This document shows positions 30,163 to 41,747 of a DNA stretch of 64,000 bases, in pieces (the stretch's first letter is position 1; the number at the start of each line of letters is the position of its first letter). Source of the stretch: an uncultured cyanobacterium. GTDB taxonomy: Bacteria > Cyanobacteriota > Cyanobacteriia > PCC-9006 > JAAUQQ01. Where the stretch lies: contig OY970368.1 of the NCBI GenBank assembly GCA_963718615.1, positions 4,256,001 through 4,320,000 on the forward strand. Reading direction: 5' to 3'. A program made the translations under genes and the position numbers. The notes beneath the pieces are model-generated. The model saw only the letters and a program-made list of their open reading frames with translations. It searched no databases and had not been told where the DNA came from.

Positions 30163-31335
30163 TTGACTCAGCACACAGAAGGCATTGCCCCCCACGGTGG
30201 CAAGCTAGTGAATCGCTTGGCAACCGAGGCCGAACGCCAGGAATTTATCGAGCAGGCCGATCGCCTTCCTCGGGTTCAATTGGATGAACGCGCGCTGTCT
30301 GACCTGGTCATGATTGCCATTGGTGGCTTCAGCCCAATCACGGGCTTTATGGAACAGGCAGACTATGAAACGGTGGTTACGGATATGCGCTTGGCCAATG
30401 GATTGCCTTGGTCAGTCCCCGTGACCCTATCGGTGAGTGAAGAGATTGCGGACCCCCTGAAGGAAGGGGGCTGGGTGCGTTTGGATGATGAGACGGGTCG
30501 GTTTGTGGGGGTGCTAGAACTCACTCAAAAGTATCGCTACAACAAACACCACGAAGCGATGAATGTCTACCGCACCGATGAGGAGAAGCATCCGGGGGTC
30601 GCGGTGGTTTATCAGCAGGGACCGATCAATTTGGCTGGGCCGGTGTGGTTATTAGAACGGGATCCCCATCCGCTGTTTCCTAGCTATCAGCTTGATCCAG
30701 AGGTTTCCCGGCAGCAGTTTCGCGATCGCGGCTGGCAAACCGTCGTCGGTTTCCAAACCCGCAACCCCATTCACCGAGCCCATGAGTACATCATCAAATG
30801 TGCTTTAGAGACCGTGGATGGCCTCTTTCTCCATCCCCTCGTTGGGGCCACCAAAAGCGACGATATTCCGGCAGATGTGCGCATGCGCTGCTACGAAATC
30901 ATGTTGGAGTCTTACTTTCCGCAAGATCGGGTCATCCTGGCGATTAATCCCTCTGCCATGCGCTATGCCGGTCCTCGGGAAGCCATTTTCCATGCCTTGA
31001 TTCGCAAGAACTACGGTTGTACCCACTTCATTGTGGGACGGGATCATGCGGGTGTGGGCGATTACTACGGTACCTACGACGCCCAAAAAATCTTTGATGA
31101 GTTTCAACCGGGCGAGCTAGGCATTACGCCGATGAAATTTGAGCATGCCTTCTACTGCACCCGCACCCAGGGCATGGCTACGAGCAAAACCAGTCCAAGT
31201 AAGCCGGAAGAGCGGATTCACCTTTCTGGGACGAAGGTTCGCACCCTCCTCCGCAATGGCGAGCTGCCCCCACCAGAGTTCTCTCGTCCAGAGGTGGCTG
31301 GGGAATTGGCTCGGGTCATGAAGGTGAACGCTTAA
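30163..31335 (+). CDS. sat: Sulfate adenylyltransferase
   Basis: [38 protein letters not shown]. Confidence 0.96.
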   Translation: MTQHTEGIAPHGGKLVNRLATEAERQEFIEQADRLPRVQLDERALSDLVMIAIGGFSPITGFMEQADYETVVTDMRLANGLPWSVPVTLSVSEEIADPLKEGGWVRLDDETGRFVGVLELTQKYRYNKHHEAMNVYRTDEEKHPGVAVVYQQGPINLAGPVWLLERDPHPLFPSYQLDPEVSRQQFRDRGWQTVVGFQTRNPIHRAHEYIIKCALETVDGLFLHPLVGATKSDDIPADVRMRCYEIMLESYFPQDRVILAINPSAMRYAGPREAIFHALIRKNYGCTHFIVGRDHAGVGDYYGTYDAQKIFDEFQPGELGITPMKFEHAFYCTRTQGMATSKTSPSKPEERIHLSGTKVRTLLRNGELPPPEFSRPEVAGELARVMKVNA

Positions 31336-31633
31336 AGCGGGTTTTTATATCGCTCAGGTGGGGTAGTAAGGAACTCTACTGCTGTTCTGCCCTACCTTTG
31401 CGATCGCCGCCATTGAGGCTTAAGTCATTCAAAATTCTGCTCAATAAATTCTTCTTCAAATTCTTTTCCAAACTGTTATCCCAGTAGACCGCAGAACGGA
31501 GGGGATATTTGTATGATGAATTTGTAGAAAAGGATTTGTATAGAACAGTCTGCTGGGTGGGAGCGCCTTCTGGTCCAAACATCGCAGGGGGTAAAGTCAT
31601 CGGGTAGGACGAGTAATTCCCAGGGGAAGAGCA

Positions 31634-33922
31634 ATGGGATTGAAGCGGCGATCGCTGCTCAAAGCAACGGGGATGACCCTCGCGGCCTGGGCAACGGGTG
31701 GAGTCAAATGGGGGGCTTGGGCGGATCGGTATGCGGCCACGTTAGCAGCACCGGCTCGCCACAAATACGCCCTCTTGGTGGGGATCAATCAATATGCTGG
31801 GGACTCCGCAGATTGCCCAGAATTGCGGGGCTGTCTTCAGGATGTTGCGCTTCAGCGGCAATTGCTGATTCACCGATTTGGTTTCCTGCCCGAAAATATT
31901 GTGGTCCTTCAGGATAAACAGGCCACCCGCAGCCGCGTTCAGTCGGTTTGGCTGGAGCATCTGCTCAATCAAGTCACGGCTGAAGATACGGTCTTCTTTC
32001 ACTTCAGTGGCTATGGCAGCACGATTCAGGTTACTCCGGAGGGGCCGGTTCAGCGCAGTTTGGTCCTGTATGACAGCTGTTTAGAAGACAAAAATTCTGG
32101 GATTCGAGATTGGCCCGAGGCCACGCTGCTGGCCTTACTGCGGGCATTGCCGACGGACCAGGTTATCTCTGTACTGGATACTAGCTATACCCTACCAGAG
32201 GGCTATGGGTTGACGGAGGCGGTGCGGTTGCGATCGCGACCCAGTCCTCCCCCTGGGCCCTTAGATGCTCAAACCACAGACTTGCAAGAAAAACTGCGGG
32301 GCCAACTCCAGGGGCGGGGTGTTTTGGTGAAACCCTCGGCCTCTGCCGGATTAATTCTACGCGCCACGGACTGGGGAGAGCTTGCCCTAGAATTTGACAG
32401 CCCTGCGGGTCCCCTAGGGTTGATGACCTATGCCCTCACCCAGCAGCTTTGGCATACAGCTGCCGAGGCCAATTGGTCTCGGGTTTGGGTTAATGCCCAA
32501 GAGCGACTTCCTAATCTGCTGCGGCGTGCCGCCTTGGTTCAGAGCAGTATTCCGGTGCTGTCCTTAGCCCAGTCGGGTTTGGTGCCAATGCAGCCCAGTG
32601 GGGGAGCCGGCGTGGTGACGGCGGTGCGCAAGGATAAAACCGTGGAACTCTGGCTCGGAGGTCTCTCAACAGAAGCGCTGGCCTATGGGGGGGAAGGGGC
32701 GATCGTCCGTTTGCGATCGCTGACGCCAGGGGCAAATGCCACCACAAGTGCCACCGAAAATACCACCGAACAGTATTTGCAAATTCAAAGTCGTACAGGC
32801 CTTGGGGCTGAAGCTCGCCTCTACCGACCCCCCACAACGGGCCTGGCGAGTGCAGCAGAGGCTGGAGTGTCAATATCGCCGCCCAGTCCTCAACGGGGGC
32901 AACTCATTCAAGAACAGGTGCGTCTCCTGCCGCGCCAGGTGGAATTGGCGGTGGCCGTGGACCAGCATCTGAATCGGATTGAGCGGGTCGATGCTACCAG
33001 TGCCCTATCTTCGCTTTCCAAGGTTTCAGTGGTGGCCCTGGGTAGTGCCCCCGCCGACTATCTGTTTGGTCGCGTTTCGCCCCATTTGCCCACACTGGTT
33101 GCCGCCCTTCCCCAGGAACTGCGTCCCCCCGGAACTGGCCTAGAGGATAGTCCCCAACCCGAGCTGCCAGGGATTCAGTACGGATTGCTAACCCTGGGGC
33201 ATTCTCCCCTGCCACCCACGGTGGGAGCCCCCTCGGAGGCCATTAAAACGGCAATTCAGCATTTGCAGCCCCATGTGCAATCCCTGCGAGCGGCCAAGAA
33301 TTTTCGGCTGCTGCAAAACGAATACAGCTCACGTTTGGCCGTGCGTAGCCATTGGCAGGTGCTGTCCCCCAATAATCAAGCCAAATCCGCCACTGCTGCG
33401 GCTACCGCCGAAACCCAACCCTCGCCCCGGCGCGATCGCCTCAGTGCCCATCCTGCCGTACCCTCTCCGTGGATGACCCTCGCGCCCCAGGATCGCCTAC
33501 GCTACCAGATCAAAAATGAGAGCGATCGCCCGGTTTATCTGATTATTCTCAGTTTTAGCAACCGGGCCAATTGGCATAGCCTCGCCATTCGCAACCTCAC
33601 CACCCCCCTAGTCCCTGCCGCCGAGGCCCAGGACAGTGTCGCTTTGCCCCAAGGCCAAAGTGTGGTTGAACTCTATAGCCTGGTCAGCACAGCACCCTTT
33701 AGCCAAACCCAAAAATTTCTGATGGGGGCTTCTGCGGCCAACCCGCCAGAGCGGGGTCAGCAGATTGCAATGCCCTTTGCCCTGTCAGAAGCGATTTTGC
33801 AGGATTTGCAACAGGCCAGCTTGGCCCATCAAATTGCGCCCACCAGCAATAGCGATTTCTATACCCTAGACCTTTCTACTTGGGCCGCGTTTCATCAAAC
33901 CTGCCAGATTACAAACCTTTGA
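31634..33922 (+). CDS. Caspase-family (peptidase C14) protein with Tat signal and substituted catalytic dyad
   Basis: KRRSLLK Tat motif, ALLVGINQY, LRGCLQDV, FHFSGYGS, VLDTSY. Confidence 0.85.
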   Translation: MGLKRRSLLKATGMTLAAWATGGVKWGAWADRYAATLAAPARHKYALLVGINQYAGDSADCPELRGCLQDVALQRQLLIHRFGFLPENIVVLQDKQATRSRVQSVWLEHLLNQVTAEDTVFFHFSGYGSTIQVTPEGPVQRSLVLYDSCLEDKNSGIRDWPEATLLALLRALPTDQVISVLDTSYTLPEGYGLTEAVRLRSRPSPPPGPLDAQTTDLQEKLRGQLQGRGVLVKPSASAGLILRATDWGELALEFDSPAGPLGLMTYALTQQLWHTAAEANWSRVWVNAQERLPNLLRRAALVQSSIPVLSLAQSGLVPMQPSGGAGVVTAVRKDKTVELWLGGLSTEALAYGGEGAIVRLRSLTPGANATTSATENTTEQYLQIQSRTGLGAEARLYRPPTTGLASAAEAGVSISPPSPQRGQLIQEQVRLLPRQVELAVAVDQHLNRIERVDATSALSSLSKVSVVALGSAPADYLFGRVSPHLPTLVAALPQELRPPGTGLEDSPQPELPGIQYGLLTLGHSPLPPTVGAPSEAIKTAIQHLQPHVQSLRAAKNFRLLQNEYSSRLAVRSHWQVLSPNNQAKSATAAATAETQPSPRRDRLSAHPAVPSPWMTLAPQDRLRYQIKNESDRPVYLIILSFSNRANWHSLAIRNLTTPLVPAAEAQDSVALPQGQSVVELYSLVSTAPFSQTQKFLMGASAANPPERGQQIAMPFALSEAILQDLQQASLAHQIAPTSNSDFYTLDLSTWAAFHQTCQITNL

Positions 33923-34063
33923 GGCCCAACCCATCAACTTTGTCCCCCTTTTCCCCACCCCCTTAGGGGATGTGCGTTAAGATTAATTAACATCGGGTTC
34001 AGATTGGGAGTCACCCCTCCCATCCCCTAACTATTTGAGACTATTTGAGGAGGAAGCGCTTCG

Positions 34064-35908
34064 GTGAAAAAGCGGTGGAGAAATGTTGGGCTCTATGCCC
34101 TGTTGCTGTTAGTCGTTGTGGCTCTGCTCACCTCGTTCCTAGATACTGCGCCTCAGTCCAACAAAGAAACCTGGCGCTACAGCCAGTTTTTGCAGGCGGT
34201 TGAAAAGCAGGAGGTGGTGGGCGTTCTCATCAGCCCCAATGACAGTCGTGCCACGGTCAAAACTAAAACGGGCGACAAGGTCGAAGTCAATTTGCCCCCA
34301 GACCCCAACTTGGAATCAATGTTGGTGCGCAACGGTGTGGATCTCGCGGTGAATCCCGGTACCACCGACAACGTCTGGCTGCGGACAGCCAGCAGCTTCT
34401 TCCTGCCGTTCCTGTTGCTGGTAGGTTTGTTTTTCCTGCTGCGTCGAGCTCAAAATGGTCCCGGCAGTCAGGCGATGAACTTTGGCAAGTCTAAGGCTCG
34501 GGTCCAGATGGAGCCCCAAACCCAGGTGACCTTTGGCGATGTAGCCGGTATCGACCAAGCCAAACTGGAATTGACCGAAGTCGTGGACTTCCTCAAGAAT
34601 GCCGAGCGCTTTACGGCGGTCGGAGCCAAAATTCCCAAGGGTGTTCTGCTGGTCGGGCCTCCGGGCACCGGTAAGACGCTCCTCGCTCGGGCGGTTGCGG
34701 GGGAAGCGGGCGTGCCGTTCTTCTCGATCTCCGGTTCTGAGTTCGTCGAAATGTTTGTGGGCGTGGGCGCGTCGCGGGTCCGGGACCTGTTTGAACAAGC
34801 CAAAAACAATGCCCCCTGCATTGTCTTTATCGATGAAATTGATGCGGTGGGTCGTCAACGGGGCGCGGGCCTGGGCGGCGGCAACGATGAGCGGGAGCAA
34901 ACCCTCAACCAGTTGCTGACCGAAATGGACGGCTTTGAGGGCAATACTGGCATCATCATCATTGCGGCAACCAACCGTCCCGACGTGCTTGATTCGGCCT
35001 TGATGCGTCCCGGTCGGTTTGACCGTCAAGTCGTGGTTGATCGCCCGGACTACGCCGGTCGTCTGGAAATTCTCAATGTCCATGCTCGTGGCAAAACCCT
35101 AGCCAAGGATGTTGACCTAGAGAAAATTGCTCGCCGGACCCCTGGGTTTACGGGGGCTGATCTCTCTAACCTGCTGAATGAGGCGGCGATTTTAGCGGCC
35201 CGTCGCAATTTGACCGAAGTTTCCATGGATGAAGTCAACGATGCCATCGATCGCGTCCTGGCTGGTCCTGAGAAGAAAGACCGCGTCATGAGCGAAAAGC
35301 GCAAGCAGCTCGTTGCCTACCACGAAGCTGGTCACGCCCTAGTCGGTGCGCTGATGCCCGACTATGACCCAGTCCAGAAAATCAGCATTATTCCTCGCGG
35401 TCGTGCCGGGGGCTTGACCTGGTTCACCCCTAGCGAAGATCGCATGGAGTCTGGGCTTTACTCCCGTGCCTATTTGCGCAACCAAATGGCTGTGGCCCTA
35501 GGTGGACGCGTGGCCGAAGAGATTATCTTTGGCGAAGAGGAAGTCACAACCGGCGCATCCAATGACCTCCAGCAGGTGGCTCGGGTGGCCCGGCAGATGA
35601 TTACGCGGTTTGGCATGAGCGATCGCCTCGGTCCCGTGGCCCTAGGCCGTCAGCAAGGCAGCAGCATGTTCCTCGGTCGTGAAATCGCCGCTGAGCGAGA
35701 TTTTTCCGAAGAAACGGCATCTGCCATTGACGAAGAAGTTCGGACCCTAGTCGACCAAGCCTATGCACGCTGCAAGGATGTTCTGGTCAGCAACCGTGAC
35801 GTTTTGGATCAGCTGGCGCAAATGCTGATCGACAAAGAAACCGTGGATTCGGAAGAACTGCAAGAGTTGTTGGGCAAAAACGATGTGAAGATGGCGGCGA
35901 TCGCCTAG
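34064..35908 (+). CDS. ftsH: ATP-dependent zinc metalloprotease FtsH (FtsH3-like)
   Basis: Two TM segments, [29 protein letters not shown]. Confidence 0.97.
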   Translation: MKKRWRNVGLYALLLLVVVALLTSFLDTAPQSNKETWRYSQFLQAVEKQEVVGVLISPNDSRATVKTKTGDKVEVNLPPDPNLESMLVRNGVDLAVNPGTTDNVWLRTASSFFLPFLLLVGLFFLLRRAQNGPGSQAMNFGKSKARVQMEPQTQVTFGDVAGIDQAKLELTEVVDFLKNAERFTAVGAKIPKGVLLVGPPGTGKTLLARAVAGEAGVPFFSISGSEFVEMFVGVGASRVRDLFEQAKNNAPCIVFIDEIDAVGRQRGAGLGGGNDEREQTLNQLLTEMDGFEGNTGIIIIAATNRPDVLDSALMRPGRFDRQVVVDRPDYAGRLEILNVHARGKTLAKDVDLEKIARRTPGFTGADLSNLLNEAAILAARRNLTEVSMDEVNDAIDRVLAGPEKKDRVMSEKRKQLVAYHEAGHALVGALMPDYDPVQKISIIPRGRAGGLTWFTPSEDRMESGLYSRAYLRNQMAVALGGRVAEEIIFGEEEVTTGASNDLQQVARVARQMITRFGMSDRLGPVALGRQQGSSMFLGREIAAERDFSEETASAIDEEVRTLVDQAYARCKDVLVSNRDVLDQLAQMLIDKETVDSEELQELLGKNDVKMAAIA

Positions 35909-36072
35909 CTTTCCATCCGGCTCTAGGGCATTTTCGGCTGTCTAGCATGGCCAAAAGTGTAACGCTCGATAACGCAAATCCGCTTCCCTCCAACGCTTTT
36001 TAAAGCAGCAATTGATAATAGGAGTAGTCCTTGGACTGCTCCTTTTTTGTGGGGATTCCCTGAGGGAAATCC

Positions 36073-36804
36073 TTGGAGAAATCCCTAAGGCTTATTTTGG
36101 ATCGAGAGGAATCGGACTTGGTGAGACCATCACGTCGAAAATTGTCCCAGGAGCCTTGGGTTTTGCCCACAGGGGTGCGCTGGCGATCGCAACTGCTCCA
36201 ACATCGGGTTATTGGTATTCTTCGAGCCCCTTCCCTCTCAATCGGTGAAGCCATGGCCGCCGCTGCGGTTCGGGGGGGACTGCGGCTGCTAGAAGTGACT
36301 TGGACGAGCGATCGCCCCCTACAACTTCTGGAACGCCTGCGCGATCGCTGGCCCCAATGCCAGATCGGGGTTGGTACCGTGCTCTCTGTCGAACAGCTGC
36401 AAGCCTCGATCGCCGCAGGAGCCCAGTTTGGCTTCAGCCCTGTGTCGGATTTAAACCTGATTCACCAGGCAGCGGCAGTGGAATTTCCCTTTGTGGCAGG
36501 AGCCCTCACCCCTAACGAAATTTGGCAAACCTGGCAAGCCGGAGCCAGCGCTGTCAAGGTATTTCCGGCAACGGCTCTGGGTGGCCCCAGCTACATTCGC
36601 AATCTGCAAGGGCCCCTAAGCGCGATTCCATTAATCCCTACAGGAGGCATTACCGTTGAAAATGCGACCGCTTTTTTGGCAGCGGGGGCGATCGCCGTGG
36701 GGATTGCCGGAGATCTCTTTCCCCCAGCCCTGCTCGCCCATCAAGACTGGCCCGCCATCGAGCAGCGCATTGCCCAACTGGTTCAACACCTAGGCAAACT
36801 TTAG
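36073..36804 (+). CDS. eda: KDPG/KHG aldolase
   Basis: IGILRA, LEVT, GVGTV, GALTPNEI, VKVFPA, PTGGI; start uncertain. Confidence 0.88.
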   Translation: MEKSLRLILDREESDLVRPSRRKLSQEPWVLPTGVRWRSQLLQHRVIGILRAPSLSIGEAMAAAAVRGGLRLLEVTWTSDRPLQLLERLRDRWPQCQIGVGTVLSVEQLQASIAAGAQFGFSPVSDLNLIHQAAAVEFPFVAGALTPNEIWQTWQAGASAVKVFPATALGGPSYIRNLQGPLSAIPLIPTGGITVENATAFLAAGAIAVGIAGDLFPPALLAHQDWPAIEQRIAQLVQHLGKL

Positions 36805-36811
36805 GCAAACT

Positions 36812-37306
36812 TTAGGAAAAATTCAGTGACGGCTTAGACAGGCGACATTGCTCTTGGGAATGGAGCCACTTGCGCATGGTTAAACAATTGCGACCTTCGG
36901 AGGTTCGAGTATAGCTGACTTGATCGGCAATTTCGCGGATCAACCGGAGACCTCGTCCACTCTCCGCCTCGTCGGATCCTTGGCTAGACAATGTCTTGAG
37001 ATACCCCGATAGATCAAAGGGTTGTCCTTGGTCCCAAATTTGAATTTCAACCTTACGTTCTGAGCAAATGGCCTGTAGCTCAATGGCGGTAGCCTCTGGG
37101 CGATTGCCATGGGCATGCTTGACGGCATTGGTAAAGCCTTCCGCAAGGGCAATGCGGCATTGCTCCCAATCCGTTTCCTGGGAAAATGACAGACGCAACT
37201 GCTCGAACCACGCCAGAACGGTGGCGAGGGCATGCAAGTTGGAAGGGACGCGCAAAGAAATTTTCTGAAGCACCGGTGGGCAAGGGAAAGCAAAAAGCGC
37301 AATCAA
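36812..37306 (-). CDS. Anti-sigma factor / RsbW-like Ser/Thr kinase (HATPase_c_2)
   Basis: ALAEGFTNAVKHAH, WDQGQPFD, SGRGLRLI; start uncertain. Confidence 0.85.
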   Translation of the reverse strand: MIALFAFPCPPVLQKISLRVPSNLHALATVLAWFEQLRLSFSQETDWEQCRIALAEGFTNAVKHAHGNRPEATAIELQAICSERKVEIQIWDQGQPFDLSGYLKTLSSQGSDEAESGRGLRLIREIADQVSYTRTSEGRNCLTMRKWLHSQEQCRLSKPSLNFS

Positions 37307-37665
37307 AGGGTCATCCCACGCATCAACCCAAGCTTAAGCCAGGGAACGGAACTAGAGACAACCGTCATGAAGGTAGTGCACAGGACTTCAAAGTACTAAA
37401 ATAACTCAGGATGCAGGCTCGGACAATGGGAAGATCCCGGAGGAACCCTAGATTTTCTAACCAATCTGACCCATGGCAACCCTTCTTGCTCTAGGCTAAA
37501 ACAAGAAAGGGCATATTGACCACTATATTGCTCGTCTTGAGCGTCGGAGCCCCATATTATAGTTATCGAAATTCCCTAACAATCGAAATTTCTTCGTTTA
37601 ATCCTTTTCGATAAACAGCGTCCTACCGAAAACTTCATTCGTTATTCTTCCTTTGCCGCAACTCC

Positions 37666-38811
37666 ATGGCGGATATTTTAGTCGTTGATGATGATCCCGC
37701 AATCCAGCTTGTCCTGAAGCGGACGCTTTCCCAGCAGGGACATTGCGTTTCGCTGGCTGACAATGGGTGTGATGGGTTGTTGAAGGCTCAACAGGAGCAG
37801 CCTGCCCTGATCATTTGTGATTGGATGATGCCGCTCATGGATGGCTTAGAGGTCTGTCGCCGGGTTAAAGAGGATCCAAGGTTATCCACGACTTTTTTTA
37901 TTTTACTGACCTCAAAAAAGTCCTTAACCGATCGGGTTCGCGGCCTGGACAGTGGGGCGGATGATTTTTTGGCTAAGCCGATCGAATTGGCTGAGCTAAA
38001 AGCCAGGATTAGGGCGGCATTGAGGATTCAGCAGCTGACCCGCGATCTACAATTGCAAAAGCAACAGCTAGAGAACGAGCTAGCCGAAGCCAGCGACTAT
38101 GTTCAATCGCTCTTGCCCCTGACGCTGCGCAGTCCCCTGGCGATCGACTCCTGTTTTATTCCGTCTCGGCAGTTAGGCGGCGACTGTTTTGACTATGCCT
38201 GGATCAGTGCCAATCACTTGGTGGTGTTTTTGCTCGATATGTCGGGCCATGGTTTAGGGGCTGCGCTGCCCTCGGTGTCCATCCTCAATTTGCTGCGGTC
38301 CCAGTCCCTCACAGGCGTTGATTTTCATCAGCCCCACCAGGTGTTGACGGCCCTCAACCGCATTTTTCAGATGGACAATCAGGGGGACAAATATTTCACC
38401 ATGTGGTATGGGATTTATAGTCGGAGCGATCGCCAACTCCGTTACGCCAGCGCCGGCCATCCCCCCGCCCTTTTGCTGTCCTACGAAGGTAAAAATTGCC
38501 AGGTCACCCGCCTCAAAACCCCTGGTTTTCCCATTGGTCTCTTTCCAGAGGCCCAGTTTGTCAGTCAGACCCAGGTAATTCCGAGGTCTAGTCAGCTCTA
38601 CATTTTCAGCGATGGGGTATATGAAATCCCTCAACCAGATGGCACCATTTGGGGGTTAGATCCCTTTGTGGAGATGCTTCAGGAAGTTTCCTGCCAAGCC
38701 GGTACTGACTGTGGAAAAAGCACAATCGCAGACATCCTAGAACGCCTGCGATTGCTGAATTCGGCACCCAGTTTTAATGACGACGTGTCTTTGATTCAGG
38801 TGAATCTTTGA
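37666..38811 (+). CDS. Response regulator with SpoIIE/PP2C phosphatase output
   Basis: REC domain (VVDDD, DWMMP, KP) plus GGDCFD, DMSGHG, SAGHPP, SDG, DDVS. Confidence 0.92.
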   Translation: MADILVVDDDPAIQLVLKRTLSQQGHCVSLADNGCDGLLKAQQEQPALIICDWMMPLMDGLEVCRRVKEDPRLSTTFFILLTSKKSLTDRVRGLDSGADDFLAKPIELAELKARIRAALRIQQLTRDLQLQKQQLENELAEASDYVQSLLPLTLRSPLAIDSCFIPSRQLGGDCFDYAWISANHLVVFLLDMSGHGLGAALPSVSILNLLRSQSLTGVDFHQPHQVLTALNRIFQMDNQGDKYFTMWYGIYSRSDRQLRYASAGHPPALLLSYEGKNCQVTRLKTPGFPIGLFPEAQFVSQTQVIPRSSQLYIFSDGVYEIPQPDGTIWGLDPFVEMLQEVSCQAGTDCGKSTIADILERLRLLNSAPSFNDDVSLIQVNL

Positions 38812-38861
38812 GGGGTCAATTTTTGAGGGGTCAATTTTTGAGTTTTATGCAAGGTCATCGC

Positions 38862-39443
38862 CTAGGGCCGGGGAAACTGGGTATTGACAAAGCCCAGCTC
38901 AAATAACTGTTGGTAGGCCCGTTTGCCCAGGTCTTGGGTGGGATTCTGGCTGCGAATAATCTGGACCAAGAGAGGAACCGCCAGGTCCGGCTGATTTTTC
39001 GCCCGGTGGGTCAGCGCCAAGCGATAGGTGGCTTCGTCCCGGAGCTGAGCCGCAGCTACGGCTTGCTCCCGCAAATCCTTGGAAATCCGGCTTTCAATCC
39101 CTTGGAAGGCCGTGCTCAAATCTTGATAAAAATTAGAGACCTGGTTAAAGACCTGGCGGGCGCTTTGCAGCTTTTCTTCCGAAAGGTCATAGTTTTGGGC
39201 ATTGACAGCGGCGTCCGCTTCTTGCATTAACCGACGTCCACCCTCTAGACTCAGCAGACTTCCCGGTTGCGCCAGGGGACGCAAATCTCCCGAGTTTTGA
39301 GCCAAGATTGCTGGGGACTGTTGGGGGGAAACCGCACCCGCCGTCGTTTGAGCTTGGGCCGCGACGGGCTGAAACGCAGTTATTGCAGAAGCGAGAGAAA
39401 AAATCGCGCAATAACGGAGGACAAAAGGAGAAACAGGAGGCAT
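38862..39443 (-). CDS. Secreted conserved hypothetical protein (TPR-like helices)
   Basis: Signal peptide; AVPLLVQIIRSQNPTQDLGKRAYQQLFELGF. Confidence 0.75.
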   Translation of the reverse strand: MPPVSPFVLRYCAIFSLASAITAFQPVAAQAQTTAGAVSPQQSPAILAQNSGDLRPLAQPGSLLSLEGGRRLMQEADAAVNAQNYDLSEEKLQSARQVFNQVSNFYQDLSTAFQGIESRISKDLREQAVAAAQLRDEATYRLALTHRAKNQPDLAVPLLVQIIRSQNPTQDLGKRAYQQLFELGFVNTQFPRP

Positions 39444-39614
39444 AGTGCAGAAGAAATGCAATTTTGAAGTCGCGTCCGGGAACGGTTACGTAGCTGTTTC
39501 GCTAGACTAGGCTAGCGGCTAGGAAGTTTCCGAAGATCTTTCCAGGCCAGTTTCCGAACCTAGCCAGCGTTTTAGTCCGGTTCAGCTCAGGTCGTCAAGT
39601 TATTCTATACCCTC

Positions 39615-41747
39615 ATGAGTGCTGCTCCAGATCCCTCGATCCCACCTGTTCAAACCTCAACCTTTGGGGGGGTTCCCCTGGGGCGGGAAGGTCTAATTTT
39701 GCAACGGGGGGGCGAGGAATTGGTGCTTTTGAAGTCGCCGGATTGCTTTACGATTTGCCTCGAAGAGATGGGGTCTGGGACAAACCGAGACGTGATGGGA
39801 GCATCTCGGCTGTTGGGGGCACTGCCCTTAGTCGATCGCGCGGAATTGCCCACAGGATTGCAGGTGGTTCAGGTGCCGGAGTCGGAGCTTGAGGCGGCGA
39901 TGGCCCAAGCGCGGGCCTCTGCGGCTAGCCGCTATGTGAGCCATGTTTATCATCTTTATAATGACCCCCGTGCGCGGATTTATCTGACGGATGAGATGAC
40001 GGTCCAGTTTGCGCCTCAAGTTACTCAAGCCCAGCAGGAAGCGATCGCCTCCTCCCTCGGTCTCCAACGGGTTCGCTCCGTCCCCGGCCTCGCCAACACC
40101 CAAATTTTTCGAGTCACCGCCGAGGCCCAGGACAACCCGGTCAAGCTGGCCAATCAACTGATGACGCTGCCCGAGGTTTTGCTGGCGGAAGCCAATGTGA
40201 TTGTGCCGAGCCAGTCGGCCTATCGGCCCAAGGATTCACTCTATAGCCAGCAATGGTATCTCCAGCACAATGGGGGGACGGAGCTAACGGCCAATTCCCA
40301 CATCAGCGCGGAGCAGGCGTGGGATATTACGCGGGGCGATCGCTCCATTGTGATTGCCATTGCCGACGACGCCATTGACATTGGCCATCCAGATTTCCAG
40401 GGCATGGGCAAAATTGTCGCCCCCCGAGACCTGTTTGACAAAGATTTTTCACCGCTACCCACCGGGAAGGACGATAACCACGGCACCGCCGTCGCCGGGG
40501 TGGCCCTAGCGGAGGAAAACGGCAGTGGTATCGTCGGCGTGGCTCCAGGTTGCGCCATGATGCCGGTGCGCACGACGGGATTTTTGGATGATACCTCCGT
40601 GGAAGCGGTGTTTGACTGGGTGCGAACCCAAGGGGCTGCGGTGGTTTGTTGTAGTTGGGGGGCCGGGGCCGTCCGGTTTCCCTTGTCCCTGCGACAGCGG
40701 GCGGCGATTACCCGTGCGGCGTCGGAGGGGCGCGGCGGACGGGGCTGTGTGATCGTATTTGCGGCGGGGAATTTCAACCGACCGTTAAACAGTACGGTGC
40801 AGGAACAGGGCTGGCCCAACAATATTTTGACCGGCGTGACCACCTGGCTGAATGGTTATGCGGTCCATCCCGATATTATTACCGTGGGAGCCTGCACCAG
40901 CCAAAACAAAAAAGCGGCCTATAGCAACTGGGGCGATGAGCTGTTTATTTGTGCCCCCAGCAACAATGCGCCTCCGGCCATCTGGCTAGAGCAGACGGGC
41001 TACATTGAAGTGCCGCCCAAGTATAATCGCCGCCTACCCGGAGCCCCGGTGATTACGACCGATCGCCCTGGTTCCGCAGGCTATAGTGCCGACAACTATA
41101 CCAATGCCTTTGGGGGAACGTCATCGGCTTGTCCGATCGTTGCTGGGGTGGTCGGGTTAATGCTGTCGGTGAATCCCAATTTGACCGTGGCGGATGTCAA
41201 GCGCATTCTGCAACAAACGGCGGACAAAATCATCGATCGGGATGAAGATCCCCAGTTCAAAGTTAATTTTGGGACCTACGAGGCCAATGGCCATTCCCGC
41301 TGGTTTGGCTATGGCAAGGTGAATGCGGCGAAGGCAGTGCAGGCGGCTCAGGCGGCGATTCAAGGGCCGGGGAAACCTCAGCAGCAGGTGCGGTTGAAGA
41401 GCGATCGCGCGGTGACCATTGGCGATCGCCAACTCACCCAAAGTGTTCTGCAAGTGCAGCAAACGGGTCTGGTTAAAACCCTAACGGTACAGGTAGATCT
41501 GGAGCATGGCTATTTGGGGGATGTGGAGTTACGCCTAGTTTCTCCGAGCCAAGAGTCAATTTTGTTGCAAAGTCGCGTATTGGGACGGCGGACCCAGCTC
41601 CAGGCAACCTATGATGTAACGACAACTCCTTTACTGAAGCGGCTGGTACAGAAGCCTTCCCAAGGGCAGTGGCAGCTTGAGGTTCAGGATTATGCGACGA
41701 CACATACGGGAACCTTGAAGCAGTGGGAGCTGGTGTTGGGGCTTTAG
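39615..41747 (+). CDS. S8 subtilisin-like serine protease with proprotein-convertase P domain
   Basis: IAIADD, NHGTAVAG, FAAGN, GGTSSACP; C-terminal H.YLGD..G.W.L.V.D. Confidence 0.92.
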   Translation: MSAAPDPSIPPVQTSTFGGVPLGREGLILQRGGEELVLLKSPDCFTICLEEMGSGTNRDVMGASRLLGALPLVDRAELPTGLQVVQVPESELEAAMAQARASAASRYVSHVYHLYNDPRARIYLTDEMTVQFAPQVTQAQQEAIASSLGLQRVRSVPGLANTQIFRVTAEAQDNPVKLANQLMTLPEVLLAEANVIVPSQSAYRPKDSLYSQQWYLQHNGGTELTANSHISAEQAWDITRGDRSIVIAIADDAIDIGHPDFQGMGKIVAPRDLFDKDFSPLPTGKDDNHGTAVAGVALAEENGSGIVGVAPGCAMMPVRTTGFLDDTSVEAVFDWVRTQGAAVVCCSWGAGAVRFPLSLRQRAAITRAASEGRGGRGCVIVFAAGNFNRPLNSTVQEQGWPNNILTGVTTWLNGYAVHPDIITVGACTSQNKKAAYSNWGDELFICAPSNNAPPAIWLEQTGYIEVPPKYNRRLPGAPVITTDRPGSAGYSADNYTNAFGGTSSACPIVAGVVGLMLSVNPNLTVADVKRILQQTADKIIDRDEDPQFKVNFGTYEANGHSRWFGYGKVNAAKAVQAAQAAIQGPGKPQQQVRLKSDRAVTIGDRQLTQSVLQVQQTGLVKTLTVQVDLEHGYLGDVELRLVSPSQESILLQSRVLGRRTQLQATYDVTTTPLLKRLVQKPSQGQWQLEVQDYATTHTGTLKQWELVLGL

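Noticed and set aside
34316-35083. 255-aa antisense ORF and similar shadow ORFs
   Set aside because: Antisense to ftsH or other well-supported genes; expected in GC-rich coding DNA.
39615-41747. S8 protease as part of the IetAS-like system
   Set aside because: Different subfamily (P-domain subtilase), host-like composition, and outside the IS boundaries.
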